Origin: Eledone cirrhosa
Taxonomy: Eukaryota
Direction of reading: 5' to 3'
DNA: 64,000 nucleotides
Assembly (NCBI GenBank): GCA_964016885.1
Contig: OZ024743.1
Span: 4,650,001 to 4,714,000, forward strand
The notes under the pieces are model-generated. The model was not told the DNA's origin, did not search any database, and saw only the letters and a list, made by a program, of their open reading frames with translations. Numbering within the stretch: the first letter of the stretch is position 1; every line of letters begins with the position of its first letter. The translations under genes and the position numbers were made by a program. Of this stretch, positions 27,177 through 44,361 are shown one piece after another.

Positions 27177-29151
27177 TTGTGCGCTGGCGCAGTACTGTAC
27201 TTTTGTGTTTGTTGACATTGGTGTTTCGTGTTTGGATTGTATGTCCGGAATGTAGCAATGTGTATGTGAGAGGTCCTACTTCTCCAGTCGTCATAACTTT
27301 CATACATTTTTATATTATTTGCCCTCCATAATGATTGATGAAATACAGGTTTGTACTCAAAAGAAGAACAAATAGAAATAGAATGTTTAGTCATTCAGCA
27401 AAAGATATCTGCAAGATCCAGAATTTATGGGTTTGTTTCAATAAGTAAATAAATAGATAAATAAATAAATAAAAAGAAGCTCTCAACTGAAAATGTTACT
27501 CTGAGAAAAGCACACAAAATATTTTAGACGGAAACAACCCATGCTAGTATGATAAAAACTCTCTGAATATATGTTTATCTAAATTTAGCGTTGGTATTAT
27601 TTAATTCGTGGAGAAAATGAAGTCAACAGTAAATGAGCACACATATAATAGTCAACTGCTTATTGTGCTGGCTATTTTTACTAACCTAACATTCTAGTTG
27701 CAAACATTGATCCTACAGTCAAATATTATCAATAAAAAATACATCACACTTAAATGTTTAATATTTTCATGAAGATTTTTAAATTGTTTGAAATTCCTTA
27801 TGGAACTTTGCATTAAAATATAAAATGAGGTTCCCATTTAGTGAAAATTGAATTATTGCTAAACTAAGGTATTTGACCTGAACGTAAATAATGATCTCTT
27901 TTTTCCATATTCCACAAATTAATCATTTCACATCCATTTGACAGCAAGAAGGCTAAATGATCTTGATCACCAATTAAGGAATTTGCAGGCAATTTATCGA
28001 TCGCTACAAAAAATATTCCAAACTACTGATAGAAGTTAAAAGACATAAAAGACCAACTTTGGGATTCAAAATAGGATATGGTACCCAATTTTATAGCTAA
28101 ACGTGACACACTCGTCAGTATGCATTGAAAGAAAATACAATCATATGTTTATTTAAATTTAATATTTTTATTATCTGGATTATATTTTTTTTTTAGTATG
28201 TTTTTCTTGCGAGCCTGATCTGTTCTTTTCTGGGTTTTTTTAATCTTATTGGCAATACAGCTATTGTGTATGTTTTCATACTGTGTCGATAAGGCATCAT
28301 CATTTTAAAAAATATGCATTTTTATTTCTGTATTTGGATTTCACTATGGTTCAGTCATGTTTAGCACTTTAGGTCTGAGTCACTGATACACTGTCATGTT
28401 AACAGGACAAGGCCTATCCATTGTCATGTTCAAACGATACATATAATTAACGAAATAAATCACCAAACAGGAACGATATTGATTTCTAACGTTGGCATAT
28501 TGTGCTCGGAGGTCACAGCCGATTAAATAGACATTAGATTGGTAGTTAGTTGAAAAGATTAAAAACAAAATCAACATTAGCAGGATTTGGACATAGAACA
28601 TCAAGAACCCTAGATACTAAAAGACATCTACCTATTCTATCATCTACTACCTACAGTTAGTAGTGTTAGTTAACATTATCCTGTAAACTTTAGTATGTTA
28701 TAGATATTTCCGTTTATCTCTCACAGCGGTTTGTCTTTGATAAGGTATTGTCTTTGATAAGGTATTGATCTACCAGCTCGCGTTCTATGGATTCTACCCC
28801 CCCCCCCCTTCTTTGATGCACGATTTTGATTCTTTACATGTCCTAGTCTATATAGTCGTTATAAGACTCAACGGAATCTTCTAAAATATTGGATTTCATG
28901 TTTTCCTGTTTTCCTGAGTAAGACAGCGAAACACTGTTCCAGATAAAGCATTTATAAAATCATTAGAAAAATGGATTTTCATTGGGCGACTTCATAGGTT
29001 AGCGGAAAATACCGTGTCTCTGTTCAAGTGAGTTCAAATCCCGCCTAGGTTGACTTTTCCTTTCATCCTTATGCGGTCGATAAAATAAAGCACCAGTAAT
29101 GCACTGGGATAATTGCTGGCCTTGTGCCAAAAGTAGAAACAATTATTTCAA

Positions 29152-29403
29152 TCATAGCCGAGTCACATCTACCTCTAAACTTGAACTGGTCACCGAAAGA
29201 AACTTGATCTTATATGCTGATGAGCTGTTACATAATTCAACATTTCACATGAAGTCCCACTGAAAACTACACTTTCATTTAGTGTCTCTATAACAAATCA
29301 ATTTCGAGGATTGGAAGCTAATAGATAACTTGTCACTCTTATGTTGCTAGGTTTTCTTTCGGAGACGAGTTCAAGTTTACAGGTAGATGAGACTCGACTA
29401 TGA
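29152..29403. mobile_element. MITE-like element with about 50-bp imperfect TIRs
   Basis: TCATAGCCGAGTCACATCTACCTCTAAACTTGAACTGGTCACCGAAAGAAA ... TTTCTTTCGGAGACGAGTTCAAGTTTACAGGTAGATGAGACTCGACTATGA. Confidence 0.7.
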
Positions 29404-29669
29404 CTTAATATTTATCTTGATTGAAATTCCGAAAAGCTTTTAAATTAAATTCATTCTGATGTCTATAATGTGATATCACCACGTTTTATCTTTTGAGAAA
29501 GCATATTTCTTACATAATTATTTATTTTCACCGCTCGGACACAGACACGCCCATATTTATAACGCACGTATATACATGATGTCCCTCCAAAAATGTATAC
29601 ATTTGGATTACCTGTACAAGCAATATTTATTAGAATGCTGTTGAAGTGTGTATACATTTTTTGGGACAC

Positions 29670-29745
<76 letters not shown>

Positions 29746-30339
29746 CCGATTGAATTAAACTCTGAACTGTCATTTACCTATCTTGCTGTAGACTATAAAA
29801 TCACATTTCAGCTTTGAATTATTCTTTGCCTGATATGGTTTTTTATCAACTCATATAGTATATATACAATTATAATAATATACTCGATCAAGTGACATCC
29901 ATTTTGTTATAGATTTGTCTGGTAGGTGGTAACGTGGGCTTGTATGTGCTGTGATGTCTTCCCCCCTACCACCCAGTGTTGAAAAGAAATATCCATCCTC
30001 AAAATGAGCAGTGGTTAGTTCACAGCATCTATCTATAGATATCTACCTGTGTATTTATCTGACTTTGTTGAACAGTAAAAACAACATCCATCAATCTAAT
30101 TAACTCTCGATCTTTTACCTGCCTATCTGTTTGTCTAACTGTTTCTCTTTTAACCTCTCCTTCTCTTTAGACGGGCACTGTGCTAGTATACACACACACA
30201 CACGCATATATATACATATATATATATATGTATTAACTATCTATCTATCTATCTATATATATATACTCTTTTACTCTTTTACCTGTTTCAGCCATCCGGC
30301 TGAGGCCATGTTGGGGCACCGCCCTTGTTGCTACACATT

Positions 30340-32670
<2,331 letters not shown>

Positions 32671-32737
32671 TTAATATAGATGAGATTCTACAGGACTAGA
32701 ACTGTTTCATTCATTAGAAATCATCAGGAATCATATG

Positions 32738-32771
<34 letters not shown>

Positions 32772-32833
32772 CACATATACGCACACACACACGCACACAC
32801 ACACACACATATATATACATAACTATCTATCTC

Positions 32834-32881
<48 letters not shown>

Positions 32882-32939
32882 TATATGTTATGGAATACTG
32901 TTAGCTTCTCGCTACAACAATTTCTATACTTTTCATTTA

Positions 32940-32994
<55 letters not shown>

Positions 32995-34099
32995 GTAGAT
33001 AAATCTACCAAGAGTTTACGGTAGTGTCCAATCCGTATGAAGAACTCAATGTATTCCGGATATCATGGAAAGAAGAGATGTAATGAAAATCCACTTTCGG
33101 TGAAAGATAAACGGTATACAGAGTCAAGATAAAATATTAAACAAATAATGAACAAACAATTCCTTATATTAAACAAAAAAAGTTCACTATTTAACGATCG
33201 TTTCTAGGGCATATATGTGTTATAATTGGTATGCATATTTAACAGATCTATGTACAAAATTATACAAAATTATACAAATTATCAAGATTAAATATACATA
33301 CCTAACTCATATATACGCCGTCTTCAGAAATAATGAAGTATATTTATTGATAATAACAACAATTCAAAATGTCAGTTCAAAATTGACCAATGAAAACACA
33401 AAGGGTTAAAAGCAGTTTGGTGTGTGTATATACATGCAAAAACCTTACACATATTTTACAATAATGTGTGTATAATTTGTATGTGTATACTAAAAAGATG
33501 GATGTAAACACAAAATTTCAAGGTTAATATCTCTGTAAGCTTAATGCGCTGATAAGATACGCAAAGATACTTATGGAGTCCAGCATATAAATATATTTTT
33601 TTCATACTCACACATATCAGTATAATCACACATACATGTGCGTATATGCATAAATATACACATAACCACGAACATACAAACACACACACTCCCCCACTCA
33701 CATTTATATATGTGGATATAAAATCATAAGCAAATAGAAATTAAGTCACTCACATAAAAACACTGGTACACACATTTCAAGATCAAGATACAGAAATTAG
33801 GTGGGAGGGGGGGGGGGGTCAGTATTAGATTGTCAGACCAGACAGCCTAAAATAAATGTATCTATAAATTAAGAAAAATAAAAAAATAAAAATAAAAACA
33901 ATAAAATATAATAAATGTACATACACATACAGATATACATACACATACATACATGTACGCGCACATAGAGATATCTACACATACATACATACACACATAC
34001 CTATACTGTCATACACACACATACATTTACACGAACATACACATACACATATAAAAAGATATAAATATACACACACTCACGCGCAACACATACACACAT

Positions 34100-34134
<35 letters not shown>

Positions 34135-34161
34135 CATATATATACACACACACATAGACTC

Positions 34162-34193
<32 letters not shown>

Positions 34194-34303
34194 ATACAAA
34201 CATATATATCCCCACACTCATACCACCATAAATATACATACAAACACCCACATGTATATATATATATATATATATATATACATCCACATACACACACGTA
34301 CAC

Positions 34304-34338
<35 letters not shown>

Positions 34339-34377
34339 TACACATATATATATACACACACATAAGAAACAGACATG

Positions 34378-34408
<31 letters not shown>

Positions 34409-34668
34409 TTCATTACTCTTATATATACACACAGTATATATACATACACAACCTCACTTATACACATATACACATAAGTTATATTACAATAATAATAAAG
34501 AATAATATATATATATATATATATACATATATACACACATATACATATATACATATACATATATATATACACACACATACATACACATACATACATACAC
34601 CTAAACATATACATACATAAATATACACATACGAATAAAGACATATATTCACACATAGATACGCATAT

Positions 34669-34704
<36 letters not shown>

Positions 34705-35492
34705 ATATATATACACATACATACATACATATATATACACATATATATACACATACACACACACACACACACACAGACACACATACACACTCACATATAC
34801 ATATATATATATATGTGTATGTGAGTGTGCGCAAATACATATATATATACACACACACATACAAACACACACAAACACATACATATGCATATATGCACAC
34901 ACACACACATATATCACATAGATACGAAGATAAACATATAAATAGAGAGACATACGAATATATACAGAACCCATATACACATACATACAACCACGCATAT
35001 ACATATATATACATATATACACATATATATATTCCTATATACAAGCATACACATACATACACATATATACATATACATACACATATACATACCACACATT
35101 CACATACACATACATATATAATACATATATATACATATATATACATACATATGTATGTACAATCATATATACACACTCAATCTTACATTCATATTTACAT
35201 GCTCATATATGTATTTTTATATTTAGAAATAAATACCAAAACCTATATAGACACCCACCTACACATATATTCATACATATACTCTTACAAAAACAGATGA
35301 TAATAGTATGGGGGAAAGGGGGGGTTTGGAGAAGGGGATCAAAGTAAATATATGTTTCAAGAAACATATAATATTTTCCGTATCTTAATTCAATGTATGT
35401 TCTTACATATTTTCAGTGCTAGGAAATACGAAATCTATGCATCCCAAAATAAAAAAGTATACCATTAATCATATGTTAACTAAACCAAAGAT

Positions 35493-37659
35493 GTCTTTCA
35501 AAAGGACCTTGATTCTACCCTATTGGACCTAAAAAAGTCTAAAAAAATCCATGTCCACTCGGACAAAACTGGTAACTTGTATCATATGGATATTGAACAT
35601 TATAATGAGTTCATATATAAAGAACTCAGAAAAAATTATAAAAAATCTAATAATGTGTCACTCACCAACATCAACAATAAAACACACAACATAGTAAAAA
35701 AACTAAATATTGAAGATAGAACTGAACCTTTGGCATTGAAAAGTCCACACTTCAACCTGAAAGATCACAAATCTAACTTTAACTCTAATCCTTCTATTAG
35801 ACTTATATGTCCCTCCAAATCAGATATTGGAATAATTAGCAAAAAAATTTTAGATAGAGTCATCCCACAAATAAGAAAATACGTTATTTTACCACTCTGG
35901 AAAAACACCTCCCAGGTAATTAATTGGTTTAAAAATATTAGGTGTAAATCTTCTGCTTCTTTCCTACAATTTGATATAGATAATTACTATTCCTCTATAT
36001 CACCCATACTCCTGAAGAAAGCATTAATATTTGCTAAAAATAGATCTAATTTAACTTCGGATGACATTAACATTATTACACATGCTAGACAAACACTTAT
36101 TGAATTTCAGAATGAATACTGGACCAGAAACACTTACAGTAATCTTTTTGATATTACTATGGGTTCAAGCGATTCCGCCCAAATTTGATCTTGTGGGCCT
36201 CTTTCTCCTTTTCAACATAAATGCCTCTTTTCCCCACCTCAAAGGTGGTTTATATCGTGATGACTGTCTTCTTCTTTCTAACAACCTTAGCCTTTCAGAA
36301 ATCGAAAAAAACAAAAAGCATATTAGAACTTTCCTTAAAGACTATTATAATCTTAATATTACTTTTGAAAAAACAAGTAAAGTAGTAAATTTCCTAGATA
36401 TAACTTTAGATTTAGCTACGGGTATATACCAACCTTACCATAAACCTAACCAAAACTTACATTACATACACTCACAATCTAATCACCCTAAATCTATCCT
36501 TAAAAACCTTGCATATAATATATCACTTAGAATTTCTAACCTTTCTTCTAACCAAGATGTATTTGATAAAAATGCGACCTTTTATAATGAAGCTCTAGAT
36601 AGAAGTGGCCACAAAAATAGATTAGAGTATATACCTTCTACTAAAAATACTGAAAGCATACAGCATAATATTACCAACAAACACCAAATGAAAAGTACAC
36701 ACCTAAATGCCACCCACAGTATACCCCAAAATACTAAATCTTCTAATATAAAGTATAGTAACCCTCAAAAAACTACTCATCATACGACTATAATAAATAT
36801 TAATAATAAAACTCCTAATAAAAAAGATAAAACACCTAAATCTACAAATATAACTAAAAATAGTTGTGGTGAGATCATTAACATTAATCCTCCTAGTAAA
36901 AATCATGATACAACATATAAAAATAATAAAAATAATAAACAACATAGAAACCGTAATAGACGAGTTACTTGGTATAATGCTCCTTTTAATTTACAAGTTA
37001 AGGATAATATTGCTAAAAAATTTTTTTATATCCTTGAGAAAAACTTCCCGCCAAACCACAAATACCATCAAATCTTAAATAGGTCTACAGTTAAATTCTC
37101 ATACTCTACAACAAATAACATAAAACAAAATATAAGTGCATATAATGCATATAAATGTAAGAAAACCATAAGTATACCACCAGTACATCAAATTAATAAT
37201 AATATCTCCTCAAATACAGAATTAACGAAAGGATGTAACTGTAGAAACAAAACAAACTGCCCATTAAAAGGGAATTGTCTTGTTAACAACATAGTCTATA
37301 AATGTAATGTTAAAACTAAAGATTCTATTTGCTCATATATAGGAGCTACCTCTAACAATTTTAAGACAAGGTATAATACCCACAAACATAGCTTTAAAAA
37401 TGCCGCACTGGCTAATACAACATCTCTAGCAGAAAAAATCAATAGTTATAAAAATAAAAATATAAAATATGATTTGACCTGGAGTGTGCTCAAAAGAGCC
37501 ACCCCTTATCAAAATAATAGAAAGGAATGTAGATTATGTTCCCAAGAACTATTTGAAATAATGAAGTCTAGGGATATCTTATTAAATAAAAGACAGGAAT
37601 TAATTATATCGTGTAATCATAAACTAAAAAAAACATTTAAATATTATAAACCTAATTAA
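35493..37659 (+). pseudogene. Penelope-like RT plus C-terminal GIY-YIG endonuclease, one frameshift near 36186
   Basis: DKTGNLY, LKDHK..F..NPSIRLI, FLQFDIDNYYSSI, DITMGSSDSAQI/DLVG, GLYRDD, VNFLDITLD, CNCR..TNCPLKGNCL, IVYKC...YIGAT..FKTRY..H, CRLC..E...LLNKRQE. Confidence 0.9.
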
Positions 37660-39493
37660 TAACATTATTCTAGAATTTAATTTAATTTAAATGTTAGTTA
37701 ACCTATAAATTTAATTTAATTAATATTTTATTACAGATGAGAAAATATTATGTAATCATAAATTTTGAAAAACCTTTAAATATTACTAATATATACTCAG
37801 TAATTTAATTTATAGATTAATTTTAATTTATTTTAACCTTTTACTATAATTTTTTTTATTTAATTCTTTTACAGATAAAATATAACAAAATAATATCATG
37901 TATCCTATGACGGAGAAAGAATTTTTAGTATTATAGACCTAATTAATATACATTTTGGAAATATATTTATTATTTGGTTTTAGTTTTAATCAACCTAAAA
38001 CTTTAATTTTAATTTGCTTAAAATTAGTATCCTTGTACAGACGAATTGCAGAATGTCATGTAATCATAGAATGGGATGTGTTTTGGATATATACCTAGTT
38101 AATATATTCTGTGCAATTTTTTGAAAAAGATATGTATATCTATATGTATATGTATATGTGTGTATTGTATGTGTATCTGTATGTATATTTATGTGACTAT
38201 ATATGTATGTATGTGTATATATATGTATATATATATATATATATATGTGTGTATATGTATATGTATGTATATGTGTATGTATATGTATGTGTATGCGTAT
38301 TTATTTTGATTTTTATTTGCATATAATTATATTATGCTATTGATGAAATACAATATCTACTTTATGTATTGTATACCTAATTAACATATACTAATTAACG
38401 TATACTATTGAAATAAATATATAATTTTTAATTTAGTTAACATATAATTTATATGCTACTACCGATGTAATACTTTATTTTATTTTTATTTGGGTTTCTT
38501 TTCCCTATTACTAAATTCATCTCCTAATATTGATACCATAACGTTATTAACTTTAATTTAGTTATAATGTAATTAATAATCTACTACTGTTTGACTTCAT
38601 AATTTTGCTTCAAATATTATAAACCTAACTAATTTACACCTTGGAAATCAATATGTTGACTATCTTTGGTTTAGTTAACATATGATTAATGGTATACTTT
38701 TTTATTTTGGGATGCATAGATTTCGTATTTCCTAGCACTGAAAATATGTAAGAACATACATTGAATTAAGATACGGAAAATATTATATGTTTCTTGAAAC
38801 ATATATTTACTTTGATCCCCTTCTCCAAACCCCCCCTTTCCCCCATACTATTATCATCTGTTTTTGTAAGAGTATATGTATGAATATATGTGTAGGTGGG
38901 TGTCTATATAGGTTTTGGTATTTATTTCTAAATATAAAAATACATATATGAGCATGTAAATATGAATGTAAGATTGAGTGTGTATATATGATTGTACATA
39001 CATATGTATGTATATATATGTATATATATGTATTATATATGTATGTGTATGTGAATGTGTGGTATGTATATGTGTATGTATATGTATATATGTGTATGTA
39101 TGTGTATGCTTGTATATAGGAATATATATATGTGTATATATGTATATATATGTATATGCGTGGTTGTATGTATGTGTATATGGGTTCTGTATATATTCGT
39201 ATGTCTCTCTATTTATATGTTTATCTTCGTATCTATGTGATATATGTGTGTGTGTGTGCATATATGCATATGTATGTGTTTGTGTGTGTTTGTATGTGTG
39301 TGTGTATATATATATGTATTTGCGCACACTCACATACACATATATATATATATGTATATGTGAGTGTGTATGTGTGTCTGTGTGTGTGTGTGTGTGTGTA
39401 TGTGTATATATATGTGTATATATATGTATGTATGTATGTGTATATATATATGTGCATGTCTGTTTCTTATGTGTGTGTATATATATATGTGTA

Positions 39494-39528
<35 letters not shown>

Positions 39529-39638
39529 GTGTACGTGTGTGTATGTGGATGTATATATATATATATATATATATATACATGTGGGTGTTTGTATGTATAT
39601 TTATGGTGGTATGAGTGTGGGGATATATATGTTTGTAT

Positions 39639-39670
<32 letters not shown>

Positions 39671-39697
39671 GAGTCTATGTGTGTGTGTATATATATG

Positions 39698-39732
<35 letters not shown>

Positions 39733-40500
39733 ATGTGTGTATGTGTTGCGCGTGAGTGTGTGTATATTTATATCTTTTTATATGTGTATGTGTATGTTCG
39801 TGTAAATGTATGTGTGTGTATGACAGTATAGGTATGTGTGTATGTATGTATGTGTAGATATCTCTATGTGCGCGTACATGTATGTATGTGTATGTATATC
39901 TGTATGTGTATGTACATTTATTATATTTTATTGTTTTTATTTTTATTTTTTTATTTTTCTTAATTTATAGATACATTTATTTTAGGCTGTCTGGTCTGAC
40001 AATCTAATACTGACCCCTCCCCCCCCCCTCCCACCTAATTTCTGTATCTTGATCTTGAAATGTGTGTACCAGTGTTTTTATGTGAGTGACTTAATTTCTA
40101 TTTGCTTATGATTTTATATCCACATATATAAATGTGAGTGGGGGAGTGTGTGTGTTTGTATGTTCGTGGTTATGTGTATATTTATGCATATACGCACATG
40201 TATGTGTGATTATACTGATATGTGTGAGTATGAAAAAAATATATTTATATGCTGGACTCCATAAGTATCTTTGCGTATCTTATCAGCGCATTAAGCTTAC
40301 AGAGATATTAACCTTGAAATTTTGTGTTTACATCCATCTTTTTAGTATACACATACAAATTATACACACATTATTGTAAAATATGTGTAAGGTTTTTGCA
40401 TGTATATACACACACCAAACTGCTTTTAACCCTTTGTGTTTTCATTGGTCAATTTTGAACTGACATTTTGAATTGTTGTTATTATCAATAAATATACTTC

Positions 40501-40649
40501 ATTATTTCTGAAGACGGCGTATATATGAGTTAGGTATGTATATTTAATCTTGATAATTTGTATAATTTTGTATAATTTTGTACATAGATCTGTTAAATAT
40601 GCATACCAATTATAACACATATATGCCCTAGAAACGATCGTTAAATAGT
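40501..40649 (+). ncRNA. Type I hammerhead ribozyme motif with an extended stem-loop II (inverted twin at 33186-33334, minus strand)
   Basis: Stem I ATTATTT/AAATAGT; CTGAAGA; stem II GGCGTATAT/ATATATGCC closing about 90 nt; GAAA; palindromic CGATCG; triplet GUU. Confidence 0.7.
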
Positions 40650-40697
40650 GAACTTTTTTTGTTTAATATAAGGAATTGTTTGTTCATTATTTGTTTA

Positions 40698-40815
<118 letters not shown>

Positions 40816-41082
40816 GTTACATTCTACTCTCAATACATTGGCTAGACACTTCAATTATGACCTTACTTCCATTTATTTTCTAATGTGTTCTTTCATTGAA
40901 TGAAAGAAAAAGAATAACGTCAGACATATTAATACACTGGTAAGCTAAACATGTATGACACTTGTGTGTACATGTCTGATGTCTGCGTGCGCAAACGCAC
41001 ACACGCTCACACACATACATAGACAGACAAATCATGTCTGTCTATCTACCTAGTTATTTCTCTCTCTCTCTATCTCTATCTC

Positions 41083-41132
<50 letters not shown>

Positions 41133-41136
41133 TCTC

Positions 41137-41178
<42 letters not shown>

Positions 41179-41191
41179 TCTCTCTCTCTCC

Positions 41192-41230
<39 letters not shown>

Positions 41231-41276
41231 CTACTTACAAACATGTGACCGTATGTGTCTGTTATAATGTGTGGAT

Positions 41277-41376
<100 letters not shown>

Positions 41377-41539
41377 TGTATATATATGTATATATATGTA
41401 TATATATATATATATATGTATATAAATATATATATGTGTATGTATATGCATATATATATATGTGTGTTTATATATATGTATATATATACATACACACACA
41501 CACACATATATATATATATTTGTATATATATATACATAA

Positions 41540-41588
<49 letters not shown>

Positions 41589-41594
41589 TATCTA

Positions 41595-41651
<57 letters not shown>

Positions 41652-41658
41652 ATATATA

Positions 41659-41847
41659 ACGAAGGAAATGTGGTAAGGAACCAGGTGGACCATAACGCAC
41701 CAAAGTACTCAATACTTAGGGTAGTAGAGTGGGTAATAGGAACAAATAAGACCCCGACGGCTGAGCTCAAGCCGTTTCGACGGCTAATTCCGTACAGAAT
41801 TAGCCGTCGAAACGGCTTGAGCTCAGCCGTCGGGGTCTTATTTGTTC

Positions 41848-41851
<4 letters not shown>
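41659..41851 (-). mobile_element. Short hairpin-plus-tail element, family A, in (TA)n
   Basis: Perfect 55-bp arms 41736-41790 / 41797-41851 with a 6-nt loop, plus a tail of about 77 nt. Confidence 0.85.
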
Positions 41852-41878
<27 letters not shown>

Positions 41879-41940
41879 AATATATATATTAATATCTATA
41901 TTTATATATATATATATACAAATATATATATTAATATCTA

Positions 41941-42003
<63 letters not shown>

Positions 42004-42018
42004 TCACATATATATAAG

Positions 42019-42057
<39 letters not shown>

Positions 42058-42547
42058 TTCATACATATATATATATAACAGGAGTTGGGGCGACAATCAA
42101 GTTTAATAGTACTGGAGAGGTTGGGATTTATTGGTACAAAAAACTATTACGACTGATGACTTATTCGGCTACGCTTAGCATTGTGACTTTGTCATATTTT
42201 GTGTCAATCTTTTGTCCGTTGGCTATATGGCTGGCGCCCAACTCAGTGGGATGTTTCGACGAGGCTTTCAAATCCTATCTTGCCAATAAATTAATGCTGA
42301 ACTGGTGTAAGGAAGTTTGATACGACAAGCAACAAGCTCGCTTCAAACTAGATTACTTTGAATTTGGGCATCTCTCTAAGTGTGTATATGTGGGGACGTT
42401 TTGATTCGTTGATTTGTTTATTTTGCAATTATTCATACAATATTCAGAATCAAAGCAAGAAAACACTCAAACATATCAACCTGTATATAAATTATATATA
42501 AATGTGTGTGTGTGAGGTATTATATATATATATTACTATATATATAT

Positions 42548-42600
<53 letters not shown>

Positions 42601-42668
42601 CATACATATGTACATATATATATGTACATATATATATGTACATATATATGTACATATATATATATATA

Positions 42669-42764
<96 letters not shown>

Positions 42765-43219
42765 CATTTATACGTGTAACGCGTGAAACCTGAACGCATC
42801 TCTTTATAGACACCTTCGCGTAAGGATGTCAACGTGCATTGAATATTGGGTCCGTTTTGAAGGTATATGAACACGTATATATGTATAAATATATGTACCC
42901 AGTTTAAAATAGGTACACCATATCCTCGCGTGTTTTAAGAGACGACTACAAGGTTTGGAGCCAAAAAGGTCATCCGGCCATAAAGCATTATCCTACAAAG
43001 AAGCCTAGGATGAGTATGAAGCAAATTGTGGCCCTCTCGTAAATAATCTCTAGTTTTGCAAGGAAAATAGCCTTAAAAGACTTGTTGTATATGTATGTAT
43101 ACATGCTTGTGTGTATGAAAATCTTTGTATGCATGTAAATAAGTAGATATGTATAGCTTCATTCTCCGTGGCAGCTGGTGGCCACTTTTTTCAAACTATA
43201 AGGAGATTATAGCCGATTT

Positions 43220-43990
43220 TCTTCTTCTTCTCTTCTTCACCGACTTATTGTTTGGATGGTCGTTGGAGCAAATTCCTCAAACCAGTGGGTCCTGTCAGGA
43301 GCAACCGTCTCCAATTGATACAGTTAGATTCCCAAGCGAGACCAGCCGAGCACATGGATGTTATCTAGCCATCTTGCTCGGGATCTACCCCTGAGTTTCC
43401 TGCCAGTTAATTTTGACAAAAATATGTCCAGCGATTCTTTCCTGAGACATTCTAGCCCGTAGTATCGGAGCTGGGATCTCTTAATTCGGGGAAGTAGCGA
43501 CCCTCTCATCTCCGAACTTCGCAGTCTATCGAGTAACGTTGCCCCAAAGACCTTTTGAAGGAACCCCATTTCAGCCGCTTGTATTCGACATCGTATTCTT
43601 TCAGTCATTACTCAAGGTACATGATCATAGGTAAGAGTTGTCACGAATACTGAAATGAAGAAAGTGAGATTGGCTTTGACATTTATCTCCTTTCTTCTAA
43701 TGACCGAATGTTGAATCTGGGGAAATTACCGCACCGGCTCCTGTAATTCTTGCACTTAATCCAGACTTCTGACTTTAATCACTCGTGAACACGGCCCTGA
43801 GACACATGAACTTTTCTACCTGTAAAGTGCACAGCGCAGGCTTCCTTGTAACGATGAGTGTCTCAGTCCTCGTAGCACTGATTTTCATTCCAGCCTTCCG
43901 TGCCGGAAATCGCCTTCTGACTAGTTAAATAATACTATGTTGCCTGCAAATTCCAACCGACTGATCCTACACCCACCAGTCGTGATTCAG
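43220..43990 (-). mobile_element. Degraded RTE (Expander-like) LINE 3' part with a (GAA)n tail
   Basis: MTERIRCRIQAAEMGFLQKVFGATLLDRLRSSEMR...RSQLRYYG...RGRSRARWLD; (CTT)n at about 43221. Confidence 0.75.
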
Positions 43991-44203
43991 GCTACCCGGC
44001 CCACACGAGTCAGCTAGAGAATACCTTCTTTATTTACGGCTTTTAACCTCTCTTGCTGTATTTGAGCTCTTTATTTGCTCTTGTGACCTCAGCATCCGTG
44101 ACATTAGTTATCGCTCACAAATGCTCCCAATTTTATAAAGCTATTATCTATAGTCATCGACGTTTGGCACAGTTACTTTTTATGTTTGGGTTCCCCTCAT
44201 TTT

Positions 44204-44361
<158 letters not shown>

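Noticed and set aside
36186-36188. In-frame TGA in the Naiad RT as a possible selenocysteine codon
   Set aside because: Downstream homology (DLVGLFLL...GLYRDD) continues in a different frame, so this is a 2-nt deletion frameshift, not readthrough.
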